Shown here in pieces: positions 12,513-24,740 of a stretch of 64,000 bases of DNA. This stretch comes from Mobula hypostoma (Eukaryota): NCBI RefSeq assembly GCF_963921235.1, contig NC_086108.1:4092001-4156000 (forward strand), given 5' to 3'. The notes below the pieces were generated by a model, which did no database searches, was not told the origin of the DNA, and saw only the letters and a program-made list of their open reading frames with translations. Position 1 is the stretch's first letter; each line of letters starts with the position of its first letter. Position numbers and translations under genes: made by a program.

Positions 12513-12829
12513 TAGCCTTTTAACAGTGGATAGAAGCTGTCCTTGAGCCTAGTCGTACAGGAACAGAGCGCTGTCGTGAGCCAAATTTTATCTCTCAACT
12601 CAAAGAGGATTATTTGCTCATTGCCAAATAAAAATTGGGGTACCACGGTAGCAGAGTGGGTAGCACAACACGGTTACAGTTCGGGCCATCGGAGTTCCGA
12701 CATCAGCCACACATCCTCCCCGTGGAATGCGAGGGTTTTCTCCCACAGTCCAAAGACAGAGCGGTTAGTAGATTAACCGGTAAATTCCCGTGATTAGACT
12801 TGGGTTGGAATCACATTATCAAGTTTAAT

Positions 12830-13260
12830 ATCACTGCCATATGTCGTGAAATTTGTTAAGTGGCAGCAGTACACTGCAATACCTAAAAAAAACAGTGAAT
12901 CACACTAAATATATATTTAAATAGCTAAATTAAATAAGTAGTGTAAAAATAGAAATAAAAAAGTAGTGAGGTAGTGTTCATGGGTTCAATGTCCATTCAG
13001 AAATCGGGTGGCAGAGGGGAAGAAGCTGTTCCTGAATCATTGAGTGTGTGTCTTCAGGCTCCTGTACCTCCTCCCTGATGGTAACAGTGAGAAGAGGGCA
13101 TGTCCTGGGTGATGGGGGTCCTTAATGACGGATGCCGCCTTTTTGAGTATCGCTGCTTGGAGATGTCCTGGATAATGGGGAGGCTAGTGCCCATGATGGA
13201 GCTGACTGAGTTCACAACTTTCTGCAGCTTACTTCGATCCTGCACACTGACCTTCCCTCC
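12830..13260 (-). mobile_element. Rex1/Babar-like LINE 3' fragment
   Basis: DRSKLQKVVNSVSSIMGTSLPIIQDI remnant plus 3' UTR. Confidence 0.7.
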
Positions 13261-13414
13261 CCACCATACCAGAAAGCCTATACTCGCTGTATCTCAAACA
13301 ACCAATAAGTAAATAAAACGGTACATCCATCTTCTGTGGAGGGGAATAAACAGTTGACATTTTTGTGCCGAGCCGCAGGAGTCTCGACCCAATACATTGA
13401 CTGTTCACTTTCCT

Positions 13415-13927
13415 CCATCGACACTGTCTGACCCGCTGAGTTCCTCCAGCATTTTGTCTGTGTTACTCTGACCATCGACACTGTCTGACCCGCTGAGTTC
13501 CTCCAGCATTTTGTGTGTGTTACTCTGACCATCGACACTGTCTGACCTGCTGAGTTCCTCCAGCATTTTGTGTGTGTTACTCTGGCCATCGACACTGTCT
13601 GACCCGCTGAGTTCCTCCAGCATTTTGTGTGTGTTACTCTGATCATCGACACTGTCTGACCCGCTGAGTTCCTCCAGCATTTTGTGTGTGTTACTCTGGC
13701 CATCGACACTGTCTGACCCGCTGAGTTCCTCCAGCATTTTGTGTGTGTTACTCTGACCATCGACACTGTCTGACCCGCTGAGTTCCTCCAGCATTTTGTG
13801 TGTGTTACTCTGACCATTGACACTGTCTGACCCGCTGAGTTCCTCCAGCATTTTGTGTGTGTTACTCTGACCATTGACACTGTCTGACCTGCTGAGTTCC
13901 TCCAGCATTTTGTGTGTGTTACTCTGG
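13415..13927 (+). repeat. 57-bp tandem repeat x9 derived from a Penelope pLTR
   Basis: Unit ccatcgacactgtctgacccgctgagttcctccagcattttgtgtgtgttactctga; 19-aa periodicity in the ORF track. Confidence 0.95.
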
Positions 13928-14299
13928 ATTTCCAGCATCTCTTGTATACATACATCTCCTTTTGCTACTCGTGTGATCTGGCTGTCCCATGTACCTTTTC
14001 ACAACAGTAACTCAAATGCAAAAAGGTGCTATACAAATTCAAACTTGTGCACAAATAACACAATAAAGCTGGAAGACTTGTGTATCGTAGGAGCAGAATT
14101 ATGCCGTGTGTCCTTTCGAGTCTGCTCCACCATTTCCATCTCAACCTCGCTTTCCTGCCTTCTCCCCATAACCTTTAATGCCCTTACTAACCAAGAACCT
14201 TTCAACCTCCATTTTAAATCTACCCAATGACTTGACCTCCACAATTGTCAGTAGAGATGAATTCAAGGTTTAAGTTTCGAAGTAAATTTATTATAAAGT

Positions 14300-15202
14300 C
14301 TTTTTCTTCGGTTGTCCATCGAAATCCAATGATGACGTCCACTCCTTTAACGTGAGATCTTTGATGACTATACAGTCCTATCCTGGACCCACAAGCTCTA
14401 TTGCAGGTGGGACATGTACATGTGATCGTGGTGGCAACCATGACTGCATTTCTCCTGGCTCTCTTCTGGTTGTTCTTTCCATCTCCAGAATACGAACCCC
14501 GTCCCTACACAGCTGTCACCAAGTGGTACGGTCAGCAGCAACATCCTCGGGTCCTCGGATCTGATCCTGCACTTCCTTAAAGCATTCTTCATCTGATCCT
14601 TATAGCACTTCTTCAGCCCTCCAGAAGGTTTCCAGGGCGCAGGCGCCTGGGCATGGTTGTATGGAAGACCAGCAGTTGCCCATGCTGCAAGTCTCCCCTC
14701 TCCATGCCACCGATGTTGTCCAAGGGAAGGGCATTAGGACCCATACAGCTTGGCACCAGAGTCGTCGCAGAGCAATGTGTGGTTAAGTGCCTTGCTCAAG
14801 GACACAACACACTGCCTCAGCCAAGGCTCGAACTAGCGACTTTCAAATCACTAGACGAATGCCTTAACCACTTGGCCACACGCCAATACAACCAACATGA
14901 CGTAGCTGGCTGTATAACACTCTGCGGGGTAGCTGACATGGGGGCATCCTTATCACATGCCCCAGCCACTGCAGCTGCCGCTGGGTGATCATGGCCTCAA
15001 TACTCCTGTAGTTGGTCTTTACAAGTATTTCAGTGTGAGGCACCCACTCACGCCAGGTAATTCCCAGGATGTGCTGGAGGCAGCTTATGTGGAAGCGCTC
15101 CAAGGACTTGATGTGACGGCTGTAGGTTACCCGAGCTTCACAGCTATAAAGGAGGGTGGTGACACAGACCGCTTGGTATACGGCGACCTTTGTGGAGGGA
15201 CG
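14300..15202 (-). mobile_element. RTE-clade LINE 3' fragment (RT C-terminus plus terminal C2H2-like finger), interrupted by a SINE
   Basis: TKVAVYQAVCVTTLLYSCE...LERFH..CLQHILGITW...QLQWLGHVIRM; CPTCNRACGSRIGLYSHQRSH. Confidence 0.85.
14625..14888 (-). mobile_element. tRNA-derived SINE (family C, CORE-like box)
   Basis: Minus strand A box TGGCCAAGTGG, B box GTTCGAGCC, gtgtccttgagcaaggcacttaac; copies at 22013 and 45568. Confidence 0.8.
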
Positions 15203-15619
15203 AAGTACATACTGTATGTCACCATATACAACCTTGAGATTAATTTTCTTGCAGGCATTCACATACAAAGAAACACAATAGAATCAATGAAAAACCACTC
15301 ACAACGAGACGAACAACCAACCGGTGTGCAAAAGACAACAATTTGTGCAAATACCAAAAAAAAAGCAATAACTATCAGAATCTGAGTTGAAGAGACGTTG
15401 AAAGTGAGTGGATAGATTGTGAGAACAGCTCAGTGTTGGGATGAGTGAAGTTGAGTGAAGTTTTTCAAGAGCCTGATCGTTGAGGGGTAATAACTGTTCC
15501 CGAACCTGGTGGTGATGAAGTTCAGGTGTAATTATCCTTCAACCATACATGAATACCCATAAATACAGTCAAACGAAACAGTGATCCTCTGGGGTCAAGG
15601 TGTAAAACACGGCAGCAAC

Positions 15620-15908
15620 AAGGCACCTATAGAACATATACGATGGGAAGTCACACACAGCACAAGGCACATATAGAACATGTACGATGGGAAGTCACAC
15701 ACAGCACAAGGCACATATAGAACATATACACTGGGAAGTCACACACAGCACAAGGCACCTATAGAACATATACGCTGGGAAGTCACACACAGCACAAGGC
15801 ACATATAGAACATATATGATGGGAAGTCACACACAGCACAAGGCACCTATAGAACATATACGATGGGAAGTCACACACAGCACAAGGCACATATAGAACA
15901 TGTACGAC
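15620..15908. repeat. 44-bp minisatellite, about 6.5 copies
   Basis: aaggcac recurs at 15620, 15664, 15708, 15752, 15796, 15840 and 15884. Confidence 0.95.
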
Positions 15909-17026
15909 AGGAGGTAAACAGACAGTCACAGGAATATATACATTTTTTCATTTGCCTGGTGGAGAGAGAGGCGGGTCTGGATGTAATTATGCAGGCAGTG
16001 GGACAATGATCCCTTTTGTGTTGATTGATTCCCATTACTGGAGATCCAGTGTCTCTCAACACAGCCACTTTGATCTGGCCAACGCCTTCACTAACCTGGT
16101 CCAACACTACTTGGCTTTATTGGGAGCTCCCTCCTTCTTCCATCTATCTTAAGGTTTAGGATTATGAATATGCTAAGGGTTTTGGGAATGGTAGGGTGGT
16201 ATGTATATGTATGTGTGTGTGTGTGGGGAAGGACAGGGGTCCTGAGGCTCCTGTACCACCTCCTGATGGCAGCAGCCAGGAGAGACCATGTCCTGGATGG
16301 AAGTGTGTATGGAATGCAGAAGATAGTCTAAGTGAAACAGGTTCTTTCCTTTTTCTAACATCTAACCCCTTAATTTTATGCACCCCATTTAATTCTTCCC
16401 CTGAATCTCCTCTGTTTCAAATAAGGCAACCCCAGCTTCTTTCATTTTTGCTGATACTGATTACATTGGATTCCAGTGGAACTTCCGGGAACAAAATTAT
16501 TTGCGAGCGTATAGGGAAAATGTTCTAGGGTGGGGGTGGGGGGGGACTCCAAAGTACTTTTAACAATAACATCTTTTTCCTCTTTATAAAGGATGTTCAA
16601 GATTGTTTAATGCCATTTCCAGTACGCAAGTGTAAAGGAGAATGAAATGAGTGTTACTCCGGATCTGACGCAGTGTACGGTAGCATAGTGGTCAGCACAG
16701 TGCTTTACAGTGCCAGCGACATGAGTTGGTAGGTTAATCGGGTAATGGCCTAATTCTGCTTCTATGTCTTATGGACTTACTGTAAATTGTCCTGTAATTG
16801 GGCGAGGGTTAAATCAGAGGATTGCTAGGCGACGTGGCCTGAAGGGCTGGAAGGACCCGTTCCACATTGTACCTCAATAAGTAAATCAGCTGGCATAGAA
16901 ATGATAGGTTGAATAGCCTCAGTTTTTGCTATATTGTGAATGAATATTGACCCATGAACCTACCTCACTACCTTTCGAATTTTCTATTTTTGCACAACTT
17001 ATTTAATTTAACTATTTAATACAAAT

Positions 17027-17995
17027 ATCATCATCATCATCAGGTGCTGTGCCCAGTTTGAGCTTTGACTGCCATGGCCCACACACTCCTGTTTCGGGTC
17101 AAGTGGGTCAGTTCATTGGTGTTCATTTCCAGTTCTCTGGCTGCTGTCTCCATCATCATTTGTCTTTGTCTTCCTCTTGCTTTCTTCCCTTCAGTCTTTC
17201 CCATAATTACTGTGCATTCTAACTCCTCTTTCCTAATCACATGTCCAATGAAGTCACATTGCCTTTTCATGATCTCATACATTATTTCTCTTTTTGTGTT
17301 TGCTCTGTTCATGACATCCTCATTAGATATTCGTTTTGTCCATGATATTCTTTGTATCCTCCTCAAAAACCATATCTCTGCTGCTTCAATTCATTTCCTC
17401 ATGTTACTAGATATTGTCCAACTATCTGAGCCATATAACATAACTGGATAAGCGTAACGTTTCAGTACTCTGAGGCGGGTTGTCATGCCTAGTTTAGTAT
17501 TGGTCAGTATACTCTTCATTCTGTAAAGGTGTCTTTTGCCATCCCTATTCTTCTTTTGATGTCCATGTCGCATCTGCCATCTGATGATACCCAGCTTCCT
17601 AAGTAGCAAAAATTCTGTACTTGTTTTATGTCTTATTGAAACGTATAAAATTCTAAAGCGATTGGACAGGCTAGATGCAGGAAGATTGTTCCCGATGTTG
17701 GGAAGCCCAGAACGAGGGGTCATAGTTTGAGGATAAAGGGGAAGCCTTTTAGGAACGAGATGAGGAAAAACTTATTCACACAGAGAGTGGTGAATCTGTG
17801 GAATTCTCTGCCACAGGAAACAGTTGAGGCCAGTTCATTGTCTATATTTAAGAGGGAGTTAGATATGGCCCTTGTGGCTAAAGGGATCGGCGGTATGGAG
17901 GGAAGGCTGCTGCACCTATTTTCTATGTTTCTATGTCTTCGCCCGTTTATTTTCAGCTTACAGATAGGATTCTCCTTCTTTTTGGATATCATCAT
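17027..17995 (-). mobile_element. RTE/BovB-like LINE 3' fragment with (ATG)n tail, interrupted by CR1
   Basis: YPVMLYGSDSWT...RRIQRISWTKRISNEDVM...FIGHVIRKEELE...GKTEGKKARGRQR. Confidence 0.85.
17635..17931 (+). mobile_element. CR1 LINE 3' fragment inserted in RTE
   Basis: TRGHSLRIKGKPFRNEMRKNLFTQRVVNLWNSLP; (TTTCTATG)n tail; tatgtctt direct repeat at 17627 and 17932. Confidence 0.9.
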
Positions 17996-18149
17996 ACATA
18001 CATATATACATACAAATATACTTACTGTAATTCATAGTTTTTTCTCTATTATTATGTTCTGCTGCCGCAAAGTTAACAAAATTTCACGACATATGCCGGC
18101 TGATTCTGTGCCTTATGTTGAGATCAGAAAGGGTTAACTGTGCTCCCAG

Positions 18150-18290
18150 CCGCTGGATCTCGGACGATTGGCGTGCATTATAGCCAATAGAAATTCCGCC
18201 TTCTTAACATATTCATAAAGCGCTCAGCCAATCACGGAGCGAGGAGGGCGGGGGCGGCGGATTAAAGATCGGAGCAGAGCGCCTGCGTGC
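18150..18290 (+). promoter_or_regulatory. CpG-island core promoter (NF-Y and Sp/KLF sites)
   Basis: ATTGG 18167, CCAAT 18184 and 18228, GGGCGG 18246 and 18252, ATTAAA 18261; start of a CpG-rich unique region. Confidence 0.75.
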
Positions 18291-18538
18291 TATATTGTAA
18301 CTTGTGCGGACTGTAGCGACCTGCGGGCGAGTGTTGCAAAGTGGCGGCGATCTATCCGGGAGAGAGGCAGCAGGAAGCATTAAATTATCTGCCTAGGGGA
18401 GGGTGGAGGGGGGGTGGAAGAGGACCTGTCTCCAGCTCCCAAGGGTGGGGAAAAAGGGGAGCACAGGGACTGATCATTTCACTGGGCTTGTGGATATTAC
18501 AGGAGGCACTCGAGGATTCAGCTCCCGAAGCAGACCCA
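18290..18538 (+). other. Putative non-coding first exon (5' UTR) of an unidentified gene; TSS approximate
   Basis: No ATG; ends at CCA|GTAAGT consensus donor (GT at 18539-18540) downstream of the promoter motifs. Confidence 0.6.
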
Positions 18539-19464
18539 GTAAGTCTCGTCTTCCTCGATTTCTTGGTGTGGGAGGTCGGGATTCATTGTGAAACCTACAA
18601 AGCGGGTGTTTACAGTGGCTTTTGAAGCCGACGCGATGCAGCTGCCCCCGGGCCGAGGCACACACTCATTGTTTTCAACCTCATCGGCGCTTGTTTAGCG
18701 CTTCCCGAGACATCCTTTCTGTGTGATGCTCAGATTTGAGGTGGAGGCTGTTTTAATGGTCGAGGTTCTTGCTGGGAGAAGGCTTGGGGAAGACATGGGC
18801 TGGTTGGAGTGTGAGTGTGCGGCGGCCGGAGAATGGCTATCGATTTCTGAGCCACTTTTGAGGGGAGTTGATGCTGGGCACCCCTATCTTGCCGGGGCAC
18901 GAGTGGAGATGAAGCCCAGCGAGAGGCAGGCGAATACGGCGTTGTGTGATTGTTAGGCAGGGAGTGGGAGGGTGGCTGAAAGGGGGGAAGCGAGCAGGTT
19001 TCGGCTATCTAGGGTTTAACTTTTACAGTGTCTGACTACTTGAGAGGATTTTTTAAATATATGCATTCCATGCATATGTTTTCCCTGACTGTTTAGCATT
19101 CCTTGTGGAAGTTTGTGAAGGATGGTGGGGCATTTGGAATAGAGGAGGGTTATCCCTTCCCGCCTTGGTCGTAGCAGCTACCAGTTAACGAAAGGAAAAA
19201 AAATAGCAAGATCGTGAAATATCTCTCAGTTGTTTGTCACCACCTGCTGCCGTTTGCACTCTCTTCTAAGAGGCAGACACAGATCCCAGGCCGGCGCTCC
19301 CAGTGCAGCGCCCAGGGACTGTGCGTGTGGTGTTGTCGCTCCGGTGAGAGGGGACACACGCTCTCGCTCATTCGCCGTGGATTTGAACGCTCCCAAGGCA
19401 GCGCTCCACGAGAGATCTCCCCGCTGTTCTGTACAACGACTTCACGTAAAGCCAGCGCCGCAAA

Positions 19465-19620
19465 CAAACACACACACACAATGCGGGAGGAACTCGGCAG
19501 GTCAGACAGCATCTATGGAAGGCAATGAACAGTCGACGTTTCGGGCCGAGACCCTTCTTCAGGTCCCGCTGACAGGTCTCGGCCCGAAACGTCGACTGTT
19601 AATTCCCCTCCATCGATTCC
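19465..19620. mobile_element. Inverted pair of Penelope pLTR ends with minimal hammerhead motif
   Basis: Perfect 26-bp inverted repeat 19528-19553 / 19575-19600; minus strand CUGAAGA-AGGG-UCUCGG-CCC-GAAA-CG-UC-GAC. Confidence 0.75.
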
Positions 19621-20534
19621 ATGTTCTATGATTCTGTCATGGTCATTATGCTATAAGTTTATTGAGTATGCCCACAAGAAAATGAATCTCGGTTGTATAT
19701 AGTAAAATGTATGTACTTTGATAATAAATTTACTTTGAACATAGAAGTCAGGAATAACACAAAATACTGGAGGAACTCAGCAGGACAGGCAGCATCTGTG
19801 AAGGAGGGATTAAAAACAGTCGATGTTTGACGCCGGGAACCTTCGTCAGTCCTTATGAAATGTCTCGGCCCGAAAGCTGACATTAGTTCCTTTCCATAGA
19901 TGCCGCCTGGCCTGCGGAGTTCCCCCAGCATTTTGTGTGTGTGTGTTGCTCCGGATTTCCAGCGTCTGCGTTGGAAATTTTATTACTGAGTTTTATTACT
20001 GAAATCCAGCTGCGTTTTGGGATCTTGCTGTGCACACAGCACGGGGGCAAGGCCCTGGGGCCCGTCGTTCCGGGAGTCAAGTTAAACTCCAATTCCTTCT
20101 GTCTGCAGTCGGTCCAAATCGCTCCTTTATTCACGTGGCTATCTAAAAGCCCCTTTCAACGCCACCATCGCACCAGGGTATCTGCCGCTCAAAGTGCCCC
20201 GCACACCCTCAAACGTCACCCCCACCTCCACCCCCGGCCTCAAAGCAACTCGACTTTTGGTGCTTGCCGTTCGTGAGGCGGACGGAGTGATGTGGAAGCG
20301 AGTGTATTTTAATCAATTCAGGAATTCGGAAAACAATTCGCGTTCTTAAGAGGTCTCGGGGTTCGATTACCGAGGGTGATGGAGACATTCGGCACTTCTG
20401 TGGCGGAGGCGGCTGCTAAGTTTTAAGTCCATGCCCTGTCGTTGGACGTATCATTTCCTGTCAGAGTCACCTTATGTACAGGCACTCCCGTGCTGGGCGT
20501 CACTTTATGGCCCCGCAACCGATCTATGTATAGA

Positions 20535-20985
20535 AACGCCGTCAGGCACCTCCGCTCCATCCGCCGAAAGCCGAACTGCCCCGCGGCCAAAATTCCCATT
20601 GCTATTCTGACATGTCGGTCCTCTTGTGCCAAGATGAGGCCACCCTCGGGGTGGAGCGGCAACACCTTGTGTTCCCACCGGGTAACCTCCAACCTGATGG
20701 CATGAATATCGATTTCTCCTTCCTGTAAAAAAAAATCCTTTCCCTTCCCTCTTCTATTCCCCACTCTGGCCAATTATCTCTTCTCGCTTCCCGCTGGGTC
20801 CCCTCCTCTTTCCCTTTCTCCTCTGGTCCCCTCTCCTCTCCTATCGGATTCCATCCTCTGCAGCCCCTCACCTTTGCCTCCCCCCACTTGGTTTTGGGTC
20901 TCAGCCTGAACGCCGACTCTACACTTTTCCATCGATGCTGTCGGACCTGCTGAGTTGCTCCAGCGCTGTGTGTGTGTGTGTGTAG
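20535..20985 (+). mobile_element. Penelope-like element 3' fragment
   Basis: HLRSIRRKPNCP.A remnant of the GIY-YIG tail, pyrimidine-rich tract, pLTR; homologous to 28560-29050. Confidence 0.7.
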
Positions 20986-21704
20986 CAATAAGGATAATGA
21001 TACATTAAACATAATTACATAGGGCGGTGTCCAGGAGTTCCCAGCCTGGGCTCCACTGATCCCTTAATGGCATAAACAGGTTGGGAAATCCTGGACACTG
21101 CCTTGTGCATTCACGTTAACTGCATCTGTATGATTGTGTTCTTTATCTTGTGTGTTTTTCCTGCTGTATCCGATCCCGAGTAACAATCCTTTACACTTGT
21201 GTACTGGGGATGACAGTGATCAATGTCGGACCTAAGGAGAAGCTGTTTCCCCTTCAGTGGGGTTCGGTTACCAGAGGTTTAATTGGCAAACTATTAAGAG
21301 AAGAAATGTTTCTGTGTGCAGTGAGGTGTTGTACAGGTTCAGTAATAACCTTCAAGGGGGAATGTGACACAGCGCGGGGCTTGGAGAGGAGAGGGGACAA
21401 ATTAGGGAGCACTTTCACAGCTCAGGTGCTGTGGATCACTTCGCCCCCGCACCACCACCCCGGGATGGTACTTAACCATCGCCTGTGTTCACTGACCCCG
21501 AGCCAGTGTCAGGTCCAGCAACACTTGAATCCTTTTGCAGCCTTGAGAGCCCCTCTGTCTCTTCCCCTTGATCTTCCAGGAGTTTAAATACCCAAAACAG
21601 TGACACCACACAGTTTAACCCCCCCCCCCAGTTTCTTTAGTTTTCAGGCCTGTAGCTTTGACGTGTTTCCCTGTTTCCACTGTCATGTCACAGGGTAGAG
21701 TCAT

Positions 21705-21958
21705 TTATTTATTGAGATACAATGTGGAAAAGACCCTTCCGGCCCTTAAAGCCACACTGCCCAGCAGTCCCCCGATTTAACACTAACTTAATCATGGGAC
21801 GATTTTCAATAACCCATGACCTACCAACCGGTAAGTCTTTGAACTGCAGGAGGAAACCCACAGGGTCACGGGGAGAACATACAAACTCCTTACAGGCAGT
21901 GGTGGGAATTGAACTTGGGTCGCCTGTACTGTAAAGCGTTGTGCTGACCACCACACTA
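21705..21958 (-). mobile_element. V-SINE/HE1-like tRNA SINE (family A)
   Basis: Minus strand gtagtgtggtggtcagcacaacgc...gttcaattcc...gtaaggagtttgtatgttctcccc; many copies across the window. Confidence 0.75.
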
Positions 21959-22012
21959 CACACAGAAACAGGCCCTTTGGCCCATCTAATACATGCTGAA
22001 CTATGATTGTGT

Positions 22013-22312
22013 TGGCGCATGGCCAAGTGGTTAAGGCATTTGTCTAGTGATCTGAAGGTCGCTAGTTTGAGCCTTGGCTGAGGCAGCGTGTGTGTCGTTG
22101 AGCAAGGCACTTAATCACGCATTGCTCTGCGACGACACTGGTGCCAAGCTGTATGGGCCCTAGTGCCCTTCCCTTGGACAACATTGGTGGCGTGGAGAGG
22201 GGAGACTTGCAGCATGGGCAACTGCCAGTCTTCCATACAACCTTGCCCAGGCCTGCGCCCTGGAAACCTTCCAAGGCACAAATCCATGGTCTCATGAGAC
22301 TAGCGGATGCCT
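22013..22312 (+). mobile_element. tRNA-derived SINE (family C), near full length
   Basis: TGGCCAAGTGG A box, degenerate B box GTTTGAGCC, CORE-like ttgagcaaggcacttaa. Confidence 0.8.
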
Positions 22313-24112
22313 AGATGATTCTAGCTAGTCCCATCGACCTACACGTGGACCAGCAGTAGACACAGAGCACAACAGCACAGGGATATCAACTGAGAGAGCA
22401 CGTTTCTGTTCATGCTGTTTAGCCTTCCTGGTAGGCTTTGAAGTCTGTGTTTCTGTGCCTGCTTGAGGAAGAGCCCATGTTACTCCAAAGGGTTAATGAC
22501 CAGAGTTCCTTCGGTTGAGAACAATTTTATTGGTGGGTGGGGGTGGCAGGTGGAGTGGTATGAAGAAGCAGCATAAGGTCTCTTTTTTTCCCCCCTACCT
22601 CCCTCCCCATCCCCTCCCATGGACGTTATCTTGAGTAAGTCTTGCTTAAAGGGCCCAACCTCAAGCCCCCAACTCCTGCTAAATCCACACTCCCTCGTTA
22701 CTGGGCTAGGATTGTCAGCTCTGACTTGTCTGAGTGACTTTCTGAAGTGGGCGTTGCTCCTGGAATGTGACCCCCGGTGGTGATAGAGCTCCAGTTCTTA
22801 ATTTCTTTTCATTAAACTTTTGAGCTCCCTGCCTCTCAATTAAGATTCAAAGTATATTTATTTTCTAAGTATGCATGCTGTATACCACCCCGAGATTCAT
22901 CTTCCCCGCAGACGGTCACGAAACAAAGAAGAACTATGGAACCTGTTCAGAGAAAGACATCAAACCCCAACGCAAATGCACAAACAACTCAAAAAATACG
23001 AACAGAAGATATAGAATATAAAACACCGAGCCACAAAGTACTTGAAACAGTTCAGGAATGTTCGGTTTCAGCTGACATTAATTTGGTGTCCTCAGAATGC
23101 CTCCGTTTTGTAGCGTAGAGGTTGGAGAGGGAAGTTGTTTGGGAGAGTGCTGTCATTCACCACGCTGTCGACTCTGTGTATTGAACCATTCAGAGCAAAT
23201 ATTCTTCCCCTCTCATCCATCACTCACCTCTGCCATTCAATCTTTCACCCACACCCTGCACATAGTGTCTGAATGTCAGTTTGACTAGCTAAAAAACACC
23301 TGGGAGTGCACAGAGGACTGTTGAGTGGATCCGATAAGTTCGCTGGTTTCGCTTGATGGGCTGAATGGCCTCCCATGCTGTTGCTGTTCTGAAGGCAAAA
23401 CTTGTCCTGGTCTCCTGTATCCTTGTTTTTTTAAAAATAATCCTTTTAAATTATGGCCCTTCCTATTGCAGACAATGGAATATCTCCAAATGCAATGCCA
23501 TGTAATTATCCCATTCCTGCACTCCCTCTTCCACTCTGTGTAATCTCAATCCCTCCCACCTATCCAGCTGATCCCAGGCTGAGGAATCCCCTCCCTCTTT
23601 GTGCTTGAGGTGCCCTTTCTCACCTCACCTGTCTGTAGGAAGTACTGCGCCAGAGTCTTGGATTTAGTGAGCTGTGGGCGTCCTATGTCAGGTCTGGAGG
23701 TGTGGGGACACTAGCAATCTGCCCACCACCAAATGCTGGAGGAACTCAGCAGGCCAGGCAGCATCCGTGGAGGGGAATAGGCAGTCGGCGTCGGGACTGG
23801 AAAGGAAGGGGTGAATGGGGGTAGGAGGAGTACAGGCTGGCAGGTGATTTGGTGGGGGGGAGACAGGAGATGAAGTAGGAAGCTGGCTGGTGAAAGGTAA
23901 AGAGCTGGAGAAGGAGGAATCTGATCGAGGAGAGAGGATCATGGCTGAAAGGGAAAGTGGAGGGAAACAGAGGTGATGGGCAGGTGAGAAGAAAAAGATG
24001 TGAGCGAGTGACCAGATTGACGAATAGAAGAAGAGAGAAGGGACAAGGGGTAGAAATTGGAGGGAAATATTGAGGTAGTTTGTTAGCAGTGTTCTACACT
24101 GAACCAGCTGCT

Positions 24113-24570
24113 GTACTGTGCAAGAGTCTCGGGCACGTCAGTCAGGGAGCCCTAGACTTGTCGTGATTTTATGTATTACACTGTACTGCTACCACAAAAA
24201 AAGCAAGTTTCATGATGTATATGTATGATAAACCTGAGAGTGGGAAGGGGGCAGGGAGGGGTGGATCATGGTTGTGAAAAGGGGGAGGGAGAGCGGAGGG
24301 AGTGGGAAGCACCATAGAGACATTCTGTAATGATCAATAAACGAGTTGTTTGGAATCAAATGATCTTGCCTGGTGTCTCAGGGCTGGGTGTGCCTGCACT
24401 TGTGCCACTTTTCGCCCCTGGCTCTCCCTCTCTGCCACCTGTCCCACACCCCTCCCGCGGTGCTCCACCCTCGCCATTCCCAACATCCTTTGCTCCCGCC
24501 AGATTTACAAGTTCACTCTCTGCTCCACTTTGACAAATAGAGTACCATGCAAAAATCTTGGGCAGCCCAG
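24113..24570. mobile_element. Inverted copy of the 10748-11281 composite element
   Basis: gtactgtgcaagagtctcgggcac end, LINE tail and GC-rich core are the reverse complement of 10810-11210. Confidence 0.6.
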
Positions 24571-24740
24571 CCACAGTGTTTGTGCACTTTTGTTCTCGGT
24601 ATTTTGTCCCCCTTCCTTTTGCACATAGGTTGTTTATTAGTCTTTGTTTTGTGTAGCCTTTCATAAATGCTATTGTATTTATCTGTTCTACTGTGAATGC
24701 CTGCAAGAAAGTGTATCTCCAGGTGATATATGGTGACATA

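Larger units (their letters stand above)
18150..20600. promoter_or_regulatory. CpG island / CpG-rich domain
   Basis: Visibly higher CpG density than the flanks, including inside repeats (19330-19600, 20030-20420). Confidence 0.65.

Noticed and set aside
13278..13955. 225-aa and 177-aa repeat-protein ORFs; superficially CRISPR-like periodicity
   Set aside because: 57-bp head-to-tail tandem repeat with no unique spacers; eukaryotic context and no cas genes
15620..15908. 44-bp array as a possible CRISPR
   Set aside because: Contiguous near-identical units with no spacers; an ordinary minisatellite
20322..20352. Possible second exon after ttcag
   Set aside because: Weak pyrimidine tract and poor donor (gtctcg); unsupported
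22013..22090. tRNA gene-like sequence
   Set aside because: Only an A/B-box head continuing into a multi-copy SINE body; no complete cloverleaf or terminator seen
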